Source: Hyperthermus butylicus DSM 5456 (lineage in GTDB: Archaea > Thermoproteota > Thermoprotei_A > Sulfolobales > Pyrodictiaceae). From it: a stretch of DNA of 32,000 nt. Below the pieces are notes generated by a model. The model had not been told where the DNA came from. It worked only from the letters and a program-made list of their open reading frames with translations, and did no database searches. Numbering within the stretch: position 1 is the stretch's first letter; every line of letters starts with the position of its first letter. This document shows positions 17,942-27,096 of the stretch, piece by piece. Made by a program: the position numbers and the translations under genes. The stretch lies in the NCBI RefSeq assembly GCF_000015145.1, contig NC_008818.1:540001-572000 (forward strand), in the 5' to 3' direction.

Positions 17942-18263
17942 ACACTTCTTCCACCATAAAGTGTAACTGTACACAATGCATACTGCCGTCAGTTGTGACC
18001 ACGGCAACTTCCTCGAAAGGCACCCTAGCCAGTATCCCAGCGAGTTTGAAGCCAGCCATGTTGACATGGGTCTCCTCGAGGCAAACCGTGAGCTTTGCAT
18101 ACTCGTCATCGGGAAACCTTTCAAGAACCCAGGGTTTTTCTACCTCCAAGCAGCGGCCAACAAGTAAGAGCTTACGTTTTCCACGCAGCAATCTTGATGC
18201 AACATTATTGTCCATTAGCCGTGGAAGATTGCAACATCTATCACACGCCGCTCCCGGAGACAT
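17802..18263 (-). CDS. Conserved hypothetical protein with N-terminal Cys residues
   Basis: MSPGAACDRCCNLPRLMDNNVASRLLRGKRKLLLVGRCLEVEKPWVLERFPDDEYAKLTVCLEETHVN..., protein-like composition. Confidence 0.65.
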   Translation of the reverse strand: MSPGAACDRCCNLPRLMDNNVASRLLRGKRKLLLVGRCLEVEKPWVLERFPDDEYAKLTVCLEETHVNMAGFKLAGILARVPFEEVAVVTTDGSMHCVQLHFMVEEVFKVMKLGIRRRHFVVVGSELVEVPAEAVRTARYLSKIAKLIEKRKV

Positions 18264-18623
18264 GGATCACACCCCCTCAGCCTAGGGTGACATGCATAGT
18301 AGAGACCTAAAGCCGTGGAGTTACTACGTGCTTCGCTTATCTGCGTGGATGATTTACATCTAGGCAACAGTTCTTGTTCCAAAAGCCTAGTCTAGGCATC
18401 CAGGTCTCTAGACATGGTTTCCCAGTGCATGGCTCTGAGTGTTTATACATGGTGGAATTACATCCCTACACGGAACTGTTATAAACCGGTTAATTGTACA
18501 CAATCGTATATGTCCTAGGGCGAATATTATATGCTAGTCGTAACATACTGGCAAGACGTCCCAAGGCAAGGGGTTGCACCCCATTTGGAATAGAATATGT
18601 TTGATCGCTAGCACGTGTAGTGG

Positions 18624-19634
18624 GTGGCCACTATGCCGCAAGGGTCTACCTTGTGTCTGGAGGCTACTAGAGCAACACTCCTACGTCCAATCTACCCTAG
18701 GTACACAAACCGATACGGTACGCTTCACGGTGGCAGACTGGCATGGTGGATTCTCGAGTCGGGCAGTATGGCTGCCATGAAGGCGTCGAGAGGCTATGTC
18801 GTTCTTGGCGCAATAGACTACCTCTTCATTCTCAGCCCGGGCCGACTCGGAGAAAATCTAAACGTATACTCGTGGGTCATAGGCTCCACTAGACATACAC
18901 TAGACGTGCTTACCTATGCAACAGCCGAGCCGGTAGGCGGCGGCGAGGAACGCCCGGTAAGCCTCAGCATACAAACATACGTTGCCGTCGACGAGAACGT
19001 AAGGCCCCGCGAGCATGGAGTCGAGGTTAGGCCTTGTAGTCTTGAGGCTGAAGCACTGACTGAGATACATAGAGCTTGGCTCGAGGAGAGGCGAGCCCTG
19101 GTAGAAGAGAGGCATAAGATAGCATCAGATACTTCAAGGTTGACAGTTCCCTACCACATAGAGTCGTATCAGATCGTAGGCCCAGACTCGACCTTCTCTC
19201 TACACAACGTGCTTGACGCCTCCAAGCTCTTCTACACTATCGACCAAATAGCGGCAATAGCAGCGATAAAGGCGGCCAGGGCCCCTGTGGTTACAGCCAG
19301 CTTTGACGCGGCGGTATTCGCGTCTCCAGCCCGTGTAGGTAACATACTGCGCCTTGAGGCGGGCGTAACCGGTGTAGGAAGAACAAGCATCGAGGTGCTA
19401 GTGAAAGTAGTCGCAGATGATCCTGTTGCTGAAAGAAGCGCTACCGTAGCTAAGCTGTACACTGTACTCGTTTCAGTAGGGCCAGACGGTAGGCCGAGCC
19501 CTCCACCCGTCAAGCCCGTGGTCCCGGAGGAGCTACAGAAAGGCTTCATGGAGAGGAAGAGGGTGAGAGAAGAGAAGAGGAGAAAGGTTAGAGAAATAAT
19601 AGAAGCGTTGAAGTCAATGCTCTACCTTGTCTAG
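18624..19634 (+). CDS. Acyl-CoA thioesterase-like, tandem hotdog domains
   Basis: TNRYGTLHGGRLAWWILESGSMAAMKAS and a second LHNVLDASKLFYTIDQIAAIAAIKAAR...ASPARVGNILRLEAGVTGVGRTSIEVLVKV. Confidence 0.8.
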   Translation: MATMPQGSTLCLEATRATLLRPIYPRYTNRYGTLHGGRLAWWILESGSMAAMKASRGYVVLGAIDYLFILSPGRLGENLNVYSWVIGSTRHTLDVLTYATAEPVGGGEERPVSLSIQTYVAVDENVRPREHGVEVRPCSLEAEALTEIHRAWLEERRALVEERHKIASDTSRLTVPYHIESYQIVGPDSTFSLHNVLDASKLFYTIDQIAAIAAIKAARAPVVTASFDAAVFASPARVGNILRLEAGVTGVGRTSIEVLVKVVADDPVAERSATVAKLYTVLVSVGPDGRPSPPPVKPVVPEELQKGFMERKRVREEKRRKVREIIEALKSMLYLV

Positions 19635-19748
19635 TAGCTGTAAACACGTCGCCAAAAGACATGGCGGCTACATCTTTTTACCAACGTGGTGGGCGTCCAG
19701 GGTTAAGGCGGTAACTTGAAAGAACAGTTACGGGCAAGGTCTCCGGAA

Positions 19749-20783
19749 CTAGCGGCTCCAACGGTTCATAGCTTCTAGAGCCATGCGCCTAGCTGCCTCG
19801 GGTAGGCTTCTCAGTCTTTCCTCACTAAGCTTCAGAATCCCGAGCTCTAAGCGTAGCTGGCAGGCACGGCATATCGGGTGGGCCGAGGGCTCGCCACAAA
19901 TGGCGCATGTGTAGGGTCCCTCCTCCTCATCCCCTGTCTTAACCCTTCCAGCCTCCTCAAGGATCCTTATGGCGGTCTGGAGGCTGCGAAGCAGCGAGTA
20001 CTTTACACCAGGTGATCTCTCCTCAAGCTCGTTTAACATTCTCCGGATATACCAGCGTACACTTAGCCTCGCATATGGACACTCCTCGAAGCCCGTGTAA
20101 AGCCCGTTGATTACAGCGTAGATAGTTGTTTCCTTCTCAAGTACTTCGTAGAATGGCTTAACCTTCCGGACAAACCTGGGATGCGTACCCGGCCCCGAGA
20201 TTGGGCCGAGCCTCGCAATTTTGTCCCAGTCGTTGTTAAACACGTTCATCAGGTAGGTTTGCACTAAGTCGTCGAGATTGTGTGCTGTAGCTACAACGGT
20301 AGCACCCATCTCTCTTGCAGTCTTGTTCATAAGATAGCGGCGGAACACGCCACAGTACGTGCATGGAAGATATGGAAGCCCCCGCTCCTTGCCAATCTTA
20401 ACTATCTCATCCAGGGTGTAGCCAAACTCGTCCCGGAACCGTGCAATCCTATACTCAACGCCGTGCTCCTCCACGAACCGTAGGAACCGCTCAATTGTGT
20501 ACTCGCGGTATCCGCGGATACCCTCGTCAACTAGGAGTGCTGCAACCCTCCAGCCAGGCACACGCTTTGAGAGGCGGAGCAGATAGTGGAGCAACGACAT
20601 AGAATCCTTGCCGCCCGACACTGCAACAACAATCTTCTCCTCGGGGCCAAACAGCTTGTAGCGCCGGAGGGTCCTCCGGACCTTCCTGTCAAAGTACTCT
20701 AGGAAGTGCTTCTCGCAGAAAGCCATCCCGGAAGCACGGGACACATAGATCGCGGGCCTCCCGCAGATAGCGCACCTAGCCAC
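19749..20783 (-). CDS. ttuA: tRNA 2-thiolation ATPase, TtuA/Ncs6 family
   Basis: N-terminal CAICGRPAIYVSRASGMAFCEKHF zinc motif, PP-loop VVAVSGGKDSMSLLHYL, PCTYCGVFRR, C-terminal CAICGEPSAHPICRAC. Confidence 0.9.
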   Translation of the reverse strand: MARCAICGRPAIYVSRASGMAFCEKHFLEYFDRKVRRTLRRYKLFGPEEKIVVAVSGGKDSMSLLHYLLRLSKRVPGWRVAALLVDEGIRGYREYTIERFLRFVEEHGVEYRIARFRDEFGYTLDEIVKIGKERGLPYLPCTYCGVFRRYLMNKTAREMGATVVATAHNLDDLVQTYLMNVFNNDWDKIARLGPISGPGTHPRFVRKVKPFYEVLEKETTIYAVINGLYTGFEECPYARLSVRWYIRRMLNELEERSPGVKYSLLRSLQTAIRILEEAGRVKTGDEEEGPYTCAICGEPSAHPICRACQLRLELGILKLSEERLRSLPEAARRMALEAMNRWSR

Positions 20784-21018
20784 CCGACACCACCGGGTAC
20801 AGTATCAGCTCGTCTCCATCAGCTACAGGCTCATCCTCAGCTACAACTCTTCCCCCTTTAACAACCACGTACTCTGTAGAGAGAAGCCCTGCTTCGCGAA
20901 GCACGTCAGCAACCCTGGCACCTTCGGCGACTTCAACCTCTCTAACACCGTTGCCGAGTATGTTAAGCCTAACACGCGGCAATACAGCTCCCCTCCGCCG
21001 CAGTGTACGGTGTAGCAT
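20776..21018 (-). CDS. Ubiquitin-like sulfur carrier protein, TtuB/ThiS/MoaD type
   Basis: VRLNILGNGVREVEVAEGARVADVLREAGLLSTEYVVVKGGRVVAEDEPVADGDELILYPVVSGG; C-terminal GG; overlaps the thiolase gene by 8 nt. Confidence 0.85.
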   Translation of the reverse strand: MLHRTLRRRGAVLPRVRLNILGNGVREVEVAEGARVADVLREAGLLSTEYVVVKGGRVVAEDEPVADGDELILYPVVSGG

Positions 21019-21786
21019 CTAATCTGCTTCCTGGCAGGTCTCCTTGTGGCGAGGGATGGGGATAGGGATGCAGGGGGTAAAACAGCGGTATGCGTGTACA
21101 TAGCCTTAGGTTATCCACAGCTCGGTATGCCGATAGGACATGGCTAAAGTATTTGCTGTGATATAGAGGCCTATCGGTGCAGGTGCGAGTTCTCCACAAG
21201 CCCTCGGTGGGCTCTACGAGTTTCCCTAGAACCAGGCTACCACAGGCCCAACTCTCCCACGGAATACGAGCACAAGCCTATCAGGCATAGTAGCATTAGT
21301 ATTCTTACTTATCTCCAATCACATCTGTTACAGTGGCACCCCTGGCTTCAACTGAGACAAGACTAGGCTCTTGACCAACACGTAGAGCGTACCAGGGCTA
21401 TACAGTGTGTACAGAATCTAGGTCTCCTTCATCATAGGTTATGGGGTAAGCAGTGATATATAGTTGTGACATAACTATGACGTAGAAGAATATTTAGCCA
21501 TAATAGGCGCTAAATACGCCCAAGTATGTGGAGTAGACTAAGGAGATGTTTTATCTCCCATGATAACCTATCAGTGTTAAACCTGGACGAACAGCCAGAT
21601 ACAAACTATAACCGTCAAGCTAGGCTCTAGGTGTAAACTACCTGGCTGTGATGACCGCCTGAGCCTTCCGACATCCATAGCAAGGTGGGTGGGGAGCCCT
21701 TGCACTCACTGAGCCATCACCAGTCCACTAGCAGCATCCTGAAAATGGCGCATATCATGTTCTTCTTCTAGTCAAGTGCTTCCAAG

Positions 21787-22170
21787 CTACTCTAGCTCCT
21801 GGCCACATCTTGGCATTTTGCCTACGTGGCGTGGTGCTACTGCGAGATAAGCATTCCCGCGGTGGATGTGGATTATGCGGGCCTGGTATACTATCCTTAG
21901 CCCGTACGCATTGTAGGTGAAGTATATGGTGTGTCCGCATTGTGCAACTTCAGAGCCGAGTCTCCTAAGATAGGCGGTTAGATCCCAGTAGAGGAGATGG
22001 CGTGGCACCCTGAGAACCAGGAGTTCATACTCGACGCGTAGGACCACATCGCCTCCAGCCATGTAGGCGTATGCTTCCATATCGTCAAATCCTAGTCTGA
22101 GGGCTTCGAGCAGCTCGGAGGGGTTTACAGCTCCATACCCCCCTCTACCCGTAATCCTCTCCTCGGCCAA
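21787..22170 (-). CDS. Hypothetical protein
   Basis: 127-aa ORF, YMAGGDVVLRVEYELLVLRVPRHLLYWDLTAYLRRLG...; plausible composition, no family recognised. Confidence 0.5.
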   Translation of the reverse strand: MAEERITGRGGYGAVNPSELLEALRLGFDDMEAYAYMAGGDVVLRVEYELLVLRVPRHLLYWDLTAYLRRLGSEVAQCGHTIYFTYNAYGLRIVYQARIIHIHRGNAYLAVAPRHVGKMPRCGQELE

Positions 22171-22282
22171 GGCTTGGGCACCGTGCCGGGGCCTGTTTGG
22201 GCTCTCGGGCCCATATTCCCACGCTGTGCCCCCTATATCAGAGTTTTTCGGTGTAAAATGCCTAGGCGGGCTCTTGGCCCTG

Positions 22283-23776
22283 CTAGGTGGCAGGCTCGGC
22301 TACAAGGTTATGGAGCCCGGATAGCCTCTCGAGGGCTGCGAGGCCCTGGATGAGTGTTTGTTCGGCGAGGGGCCGAGCCATGAGCTGTACCCCTAGCGGC
22401 ACCCCATCCACGTAGCCAACAGGTGCTGTGCCAGCCGGTATGCCAGCTAGGTTTGCGGTAACTGTTGCAAGGTCTAACGCATACATCTTTGCAGGATCCT
22501 CCACTACCTCGCCGAGCCTAGGGGGCGGTGTAACGACGGCTGGTGCTAGGAGTAGGTCATGTGCCTGGAGGAGCTGTAGTAGTCTCCTGCGCACCAGTGC
22601 CCGTAGTTTGAGTGCGCGGACATAGTATTGGTCCTTGTAGCCGCTGCTAAGCATCCATGCGCCAAGCATTATGCGGAGCTTGACCTCCCTGCCAAAGTAC
22701 TTGCCGCGTATCCTCGAGTAGTATTGGTTCCAGCTCTCCCACGGCTCTGGAGGCTCCTTAGGTCCGTAACGTACCCCGTCGTATCTTGCAAGGTTGCTGC
22801 TTGCTTCAGCCATTGCTACCACGTAGTATGCGGGGAGGCTGTACTCTAGCACCTCTCTTCCAAGTCTCACGGGCTCAACAACAGCTTCGGCCTCGCCCAG
22901 CAGCTCGGCAGCCCTCTCAACAAGTTTCTTCACAGACTCGTCAACACCTTCATGCTCTAGGAACTCCTCCACGACTCCAACCCTTAGCCCCCGTAGCCCC
23001 TCACCGTAGCCCTTCTCAACCGCCCCCAGTAGCTCAACCTTCTCGACTGGCAGGCTCGTAGAGTCCCTCGGGTCAAACCCTGCTATCGTCTCCAGTAGCA
23101 AAGCCAAATCCCTAACGTTACGGGCCATGGGGCCTATCTGCTCTAGGCTATCAGCGTAGGCCACGAGTCCGTAGCGGGATACGAGCCCGTAGGTCGGCTT
23201 AACACCGTAGAGCCCTGTCCATGCGCATGGCATCCTTATGCTGCCGCCCGTGTCGCTGCCAAGACCCAGCGTCGCCATGCCAGCAGCGAGCGCAGCGGCC
23301 GTCCCGCTGCTGCTCCCACCAGGCACACGATCCAGGCTCCACGGGTTCCTTGTTGCCCCATAGGCGCTGTTCTCGCCAGTAGACCCCATCGCAAACTCAT
23401 CCATGTTAGTCTTGCCGATGATTACTGCGCCAGCAGCACGCAGCCTGGAGACGACAGTAGCGTCGTAGGGTGCCACATACTTCTCCAGCATTCTTGAACC
23501 GCATGTCACGGGTAAGCCCTCAACATGGATGTTATCCTTGACAGCAACCAGCACACCAGCTAGGGGAAGCTTCTCCCCCCGCCGAGCCTTCTCCACAGCC
23601 TTCCTAGCTTCAGCCTCTACCAGCTCCCGAGGCCTAAGAGTAATGTACGCGTTAATCTTATCCTCGAGCTTTTCAATCCTCTCGTAGATAGAGCCAACAT
23701 AATCCTCGACAGACACATCGCCGGAGACTAGTAGGCTGGTAATCCTCCATGCAGGCTCGGCGTAGAGCCGCTCCAA
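22283..23776 (-). CDS. gatA: Asp/Glu-tRNA(Asn/Gln) amidotransferase subunit A
   Basis: AVKDNIHVEGLPVTCGSRMLEKYVAPYDATVV, PGGSSSGTAAALAAGMATLGLGSDTGGSIRMPCAW. Confidence 0.95.
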   Translation of the reverse strand: MERLYAEPAWRITSLLVSGDVSVEDYVGSIYERIEKLEDKINAYITLRPRELVEAEARKAVEKARRGEKLPLAGVLVAVKDNIHVEGLPVTCGSRMLEKYVAPYDATVVSRLRAAGAVIIGKTNMDEFAMGSTGENSAYGATRNPWSLDRVPGGSSSGTAAALAAGMATLGLGSDTGGSIRMPCAWTGLYGVKPTYGLVSRYGLVAYADSLEQIGPMARNVRDLALLLETIAGFDPRDSTSLPVEKVELLGAVEKGYGEGLRGLRVGVVEEFLEHEGVDESVKKLVERAAELLGEAEAVVEPVRLGREVLEYSLPAYYVVAMAEASSNLARYDGVRYGPKEPPEPWESWNQYYSRIRGKYFGREVKLRIMLGAWMLSSGYKDQYYVRALKLRALVRRRLLQLLQAHDLLLAPAVVTPPPRLGEVVEDPAKMYALDLATVTANLAGIPAGTAPVGYVDGVPLGVQLMARPLAEQTLIQGLAALERLSGLHNLVAEPAT

Positions 23777-24551
23777 ACCCTACACACCGCCAGCCACTAC
23801 AGCCAGGAGCCCCAGGGTAGGGTTTGCCCGCATAAAATACTGTCCAAAACAATCACAGGAGGAGAGGTGGCATGTACACGTGAAGATAAAAGAGGCCTAG
23901 TTCTAGGGTGTAATCGAACACTTAGAATATGCTCCCAAGCTCTCCAAGACCTTCAAGTAGTTCTGTCCAGGTCCTCTTTACCTACCACATGCTAGCCTCG
24001 TCCTCTAACGTACTGATGTCGCCCAGGGGTGCGCTTGCAATAACAGCTTCTACCAATCTTCTCATTATCTTGTCGCTCTTGATCCTCGGTAGCTTCTTCA
24101 CTAATAATGCTCTCTACGGTACAGCTATAGGGCTGGGCACCTAGTGGGCCGTTCTTCCTGAATCTATTCCTCGGTTCAGTGCTTAGCTAGTACCCCTCGC
24201 GTAGGACCACTACGGCTAATGGTACATCGTCATTAATCGGGTCATGAACTTTTCACCACGACGGTCTTGGCGACAGCGGGTGGGAGGTCATGGCGTGCTC
24301 TATCCCGGCGGCACCGATACAGTGTTCTGCAATGTTCAACGCTCCGTCGCCGTGGCTTAGGATCTAGAAGTAGTCGTCATCATCTTTTATAGCGTAGTCG
24401 GCAAGTTAATAGATTCATTTGCCTCTCTCGAGCTCGCTAAACCCCGCCCAGTAGGTTTGGCCTGGAAGTTGATCCATAGGACTACTCAAGGATGTCTAGC
24501 GGCTCTGTGTAGCCATTTACCCATCAATGCTGTGTTCCCGGCTCTTATCGC

Positions 24552-24752
24552 ATGTTTTGCCCGGTTCTCCGCTTGGTGCTGGCTGTTGTTTATTTTATTG
24601 TCCTTAGTTGTTTGTGGCTAATAGACTGGTGTGTAGGGTTGCCTGTGCGTTGGGCTAGGATTCTAGCTGTGGTGGCTGGTCTCGCCCTGTTGGCTTTGGC
24701 AATTGGCCTCCACGTTTATGCTTGGTTTTCAGCGTGCGGTGGTGAGTGTTAG
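24552..24752 (+). CDS. Possible small membrane protein (66 aa)
   Basis: MFCPVLRLVLAVVYFIVLSCLWLIDWCVGLPVRWARILAVVAGLALLALAIGLHVYAWFSACGGEC; two hydrophobic segments. Confidence 0.3.
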   Translation: MFCPVLRLVLAVVYFIVLSCLWLIDWCVGLPVRWARILAVVAGLALLALAIGLHVYAWFSACGGEC

Positions 24753-24972
24753 TGGCAGACCATTACATGGGTTTGAGCGCCGCACCATGGTGTCTATTGT
24801 TGTTCCAGGCAGGCCTTTACCCATGTTGGAGCCGAGGGCTGTAATGCTGGCGACTATCCTCGTCTGCCTCTTGAAGCATAGTCTCTGTGGGGTAGCCTAG
24901 CACTATGAGAGGGACATGCCTTTGGGTCTTCCTCTTCGAACTGTTTCACTATCTCGAAGAGCTTGCCGGTAA

Positions 24973-25459
24973 CTATGCGGCTATCTCGCCTTCCTCAAGC
25001 ATGTGTAGCAATACGACCTCGGTACTTGAGTGCTCTGCTATCGTGAACGCGTAGCTGGTAACCATTTCTAGGCGGGGTAGAAGGTTGTGCAACAAGTATT
25101 TGGGCCTTTTAGTGGATCGTAGAGTGCCACAATATGCCTTCGCTGGCCCAATAACCATTACCGGGTGATCAGCAATATGTATCGCCTCCTCAGCCATACC
25201 ACCTGGCAATAGGTAGCTAACCAGATCCCGTCACGAGAATCTGAAAACCTAAGTTCCTATTATGGTGTAGTCTGCTGTAATCTCCTAGCAGCCTCGATAA
25301 TAGCTTTGGCGAGATCTTAAGTGGACAGGATCCAGTACATAAACCCGGAGCCAGCCTTGCCGGTTCGGGTGTCCTTCTCCAACTGTCTATAGGTGTTCTC
25401 GCGTAGCTTCCCCTAAGCTCTCTAGCCACAGCCTCATAGCGTCTGTTGAGGGACATCAC
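24973..25459 (-). pseudogene. Possible frameshifted remnant of an unknown gene
   Basis: ORFs 25459-25217 and 25209-24973 are adjacent, in different frames, and both protein-like (MMSLNRRYEAVARELRGSYARTPIDSWRR... and MAEEAIHIADHPVMVIGPAKAYCGTLRSTKRPKYLLHNLLPRLEMVTSYAFTIAEHSSTEVVLLHMLEEGEIAA). Confidence 0.35.
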
Positions 25460-25872
25460 CTATCTCGCTCAGCGCTATCGCGTGGGGCAGGCTGAGCCCC
25501 TCAGCGCCGAGTCGCTCGAGTTAGGGCAACTACTTGGCCATGATGTTACTCGTGTTTGGTAAGTCATGCGCTGCAAGCGCATAGGTAAGCTCCAGGCCTT
25601 TCAACTTAACAACCATACTGGACCACTGTAGGCAAACCAGTAGTTATAATCAACCATCGCCGGATAAATACTGTGCAACCCTCGGGGCTCCGGGAGTCCG
25701 CTTATGCGAACACCGATACGGTGCTATTGCAAACGGTGTCTCCATGCAATGTTCCGGTATGTGGTCCCCGTACGTGGGGCTTTGTCCCTGTGAGGCTTGC
25801 CCAGAGGTCTTGCCCCCTCTGGGTTTTATGCCGTATCTTCCAGCACTTGAAGCATGCGTATTGGGGGTTCTG

Positions 25873-27096
25873 GTGGAGGATATTCTGGAGGAGATATTTG
25901 AGCGTGTTGTGAAGTCGCGTATCTTCCGGAACAGGGACATACTGAGCCCCGACTATATACCCGATAGGCTGCCCCACCGTGAGAACGAGATACGCAAGGT
26001 TGCCAGTGTTCTGGCTCAGGCGTTGAAGGGTAGTAAGCCCAGCAACCTATTCATCTACGGGCTCACGGGGACGGGGAAGACAGCGGTAACCCTCTACGTG
26101 TTGCGGAGGCTTGAGGCTAAGGCTAGGCAGCTTGGTGTTCCCGTGAGATTCTCCTACGTGAACACCAGGCAGAGGGATACACCGTACAAGGTGCTGGCGG
26201 ACATAGCCTCCTCGATAGGCGTCCGTGTCCCGTTCACCGGGCTTTCAACTGCAGAGGTCTACGCTAGGATTGTCCGGGGATTGTCGAGGATGCAGGGTGT
26301 GCTCATCGTTGTGCTTGACGAGGTTGACTGGCTTGTCCGCCGTAGGGGCGACGACCTACTATACAAGCTGACGAGGATAGGCTATGAGTTGCCGCCTGGG
26401 GCCGCGAAGGTCTCAATAGTCGGGATAACGAACGATGTCCGGTTCGTAGAGTTGCTCGATGCACGTGTCCGGAGTAGCCTCGGGGAGGAGGAGATAGTGT
26501 TCCCGCCCTATAACGCTGAGCAGCTACGTGACATACTGTGGGAGAGAGCTAGGGAGGCCTTTCAGCCGGGCGCCGTAGACGACTCCGTGATATCCTACTG
26601 CGCAGCGCTGGCAGCTAGGGAGCATGGTGATGCACGCCGGGCCCTGGACCTCTTGAGGGTTGCGGGTGAGGTTGCTGAGAGGGAGAATGCCGATAAAGTC
26701 ACCATTGAGCATGTAAAGAAGGCTTGGAGCCAGCTTGAGAGGGATAGAGTGTTAGAGGTTGTCTCGACGCTGCCACTCCATGCCCGTCTAGTGCTCCTAG
26801 CTGCCATTGCGAGCGGTGCTGCGAACGGGTACACTACTACCGGCGAGCTATACGCGGCCTACCGGGAGCTGGCTTCAGCCGTGGGAGTGGAGAGCGTTAC
26901 ACAGCGGAGAGTTAGCGATATCATCAACGAGCTGGATATGCTAGGCATTCTCTCGGCAAGGGTTGTAAGCAGAGGCCGCTACGGCAAGACAAGAATCATA
27001 ACGCTTGCGGCTGACCGTGACACTGTACTGGAGGCGTTGAGGAGGGATTCAAGGCTTAGCGAGCTGGTTGAAAACTTACAAAACCCTAGAGGTTAG
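25873..27096 (+). CDS. cdc6: Orc1/Cdc6 replication initiator
   Basis: NLFIYGLTGTGKTAVTLYVL, VLIVVLDEVDWL, VSIVGITNDVRFVELLDARVRSSLGEEEIVFPPY, C-terminal winged helix. Track ORF begins at 25744; GTG at 25873 (VEDILEEIFERVV) is the likely start. Confidence 0.93.
   Translation: MEDILEEIFERVVKSRIFRNRDILSPDYIPDRLPHRENEIRKVASVLAQALKGSKPSNLFIYGLTGTGKTAVTLYVLRRLEAKARQLGVPVRFSYVNTRQRDTPYKVLADIASSIGVRVPFTGLSTAEVYARIVRGLSRMQGVLIVVLDEVDWLVRRRGDDLLYKLTRIGYELPPGAAKVSIVGITNDVRFVELLDARVRSSLGEEEIVFPPYNAEQLRDILWERAREAFQPGAVDDSVISYCAALAAREHGDARRALDLLRVAGEVAERENADKVTIEHVKKAWSQLERDRVLEVVSTLPLHARLVLLAAIASGAANGYTTTGELYAAYRELASAVGVESVTQRRVSDIINELDMLGILSARVVSRGRYGKTRIITLAADRDTVLEALRRDSRLSELVENLQNPRG

Noticed and set aside
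18565-18585. GGGGT-TGC-ACCCC hairpin as a terminator or RNA
   Set aside because: Single 5-bp dyad near the thioesterase start, with no T tract; likely chance.
21400-21440. ATGATGA (minus strand) as a C box near 21431
   Set aside because: No CTGA D box within about 60 nt in the required orientation.
21755-21940. 61-aa minus ORF overlapping the hypothetical gene 21787..22170
   Set aside because: Shorter, Arg/Pro/His-rich and out of frame with the more protein-like 127-aa ORF.
24365-24395. GATGATGA (minus strand) as a C box
   Set aside because: No matching D box downstream and no flanking stem.
25650-25977. Minus ORFs 25650..25940 and 25702..25977
   Set aside because: They are antisense to the cdc6 leader and N-terminus with low-complexity Ser/Thr/Arg-rich products and no family resemblance.
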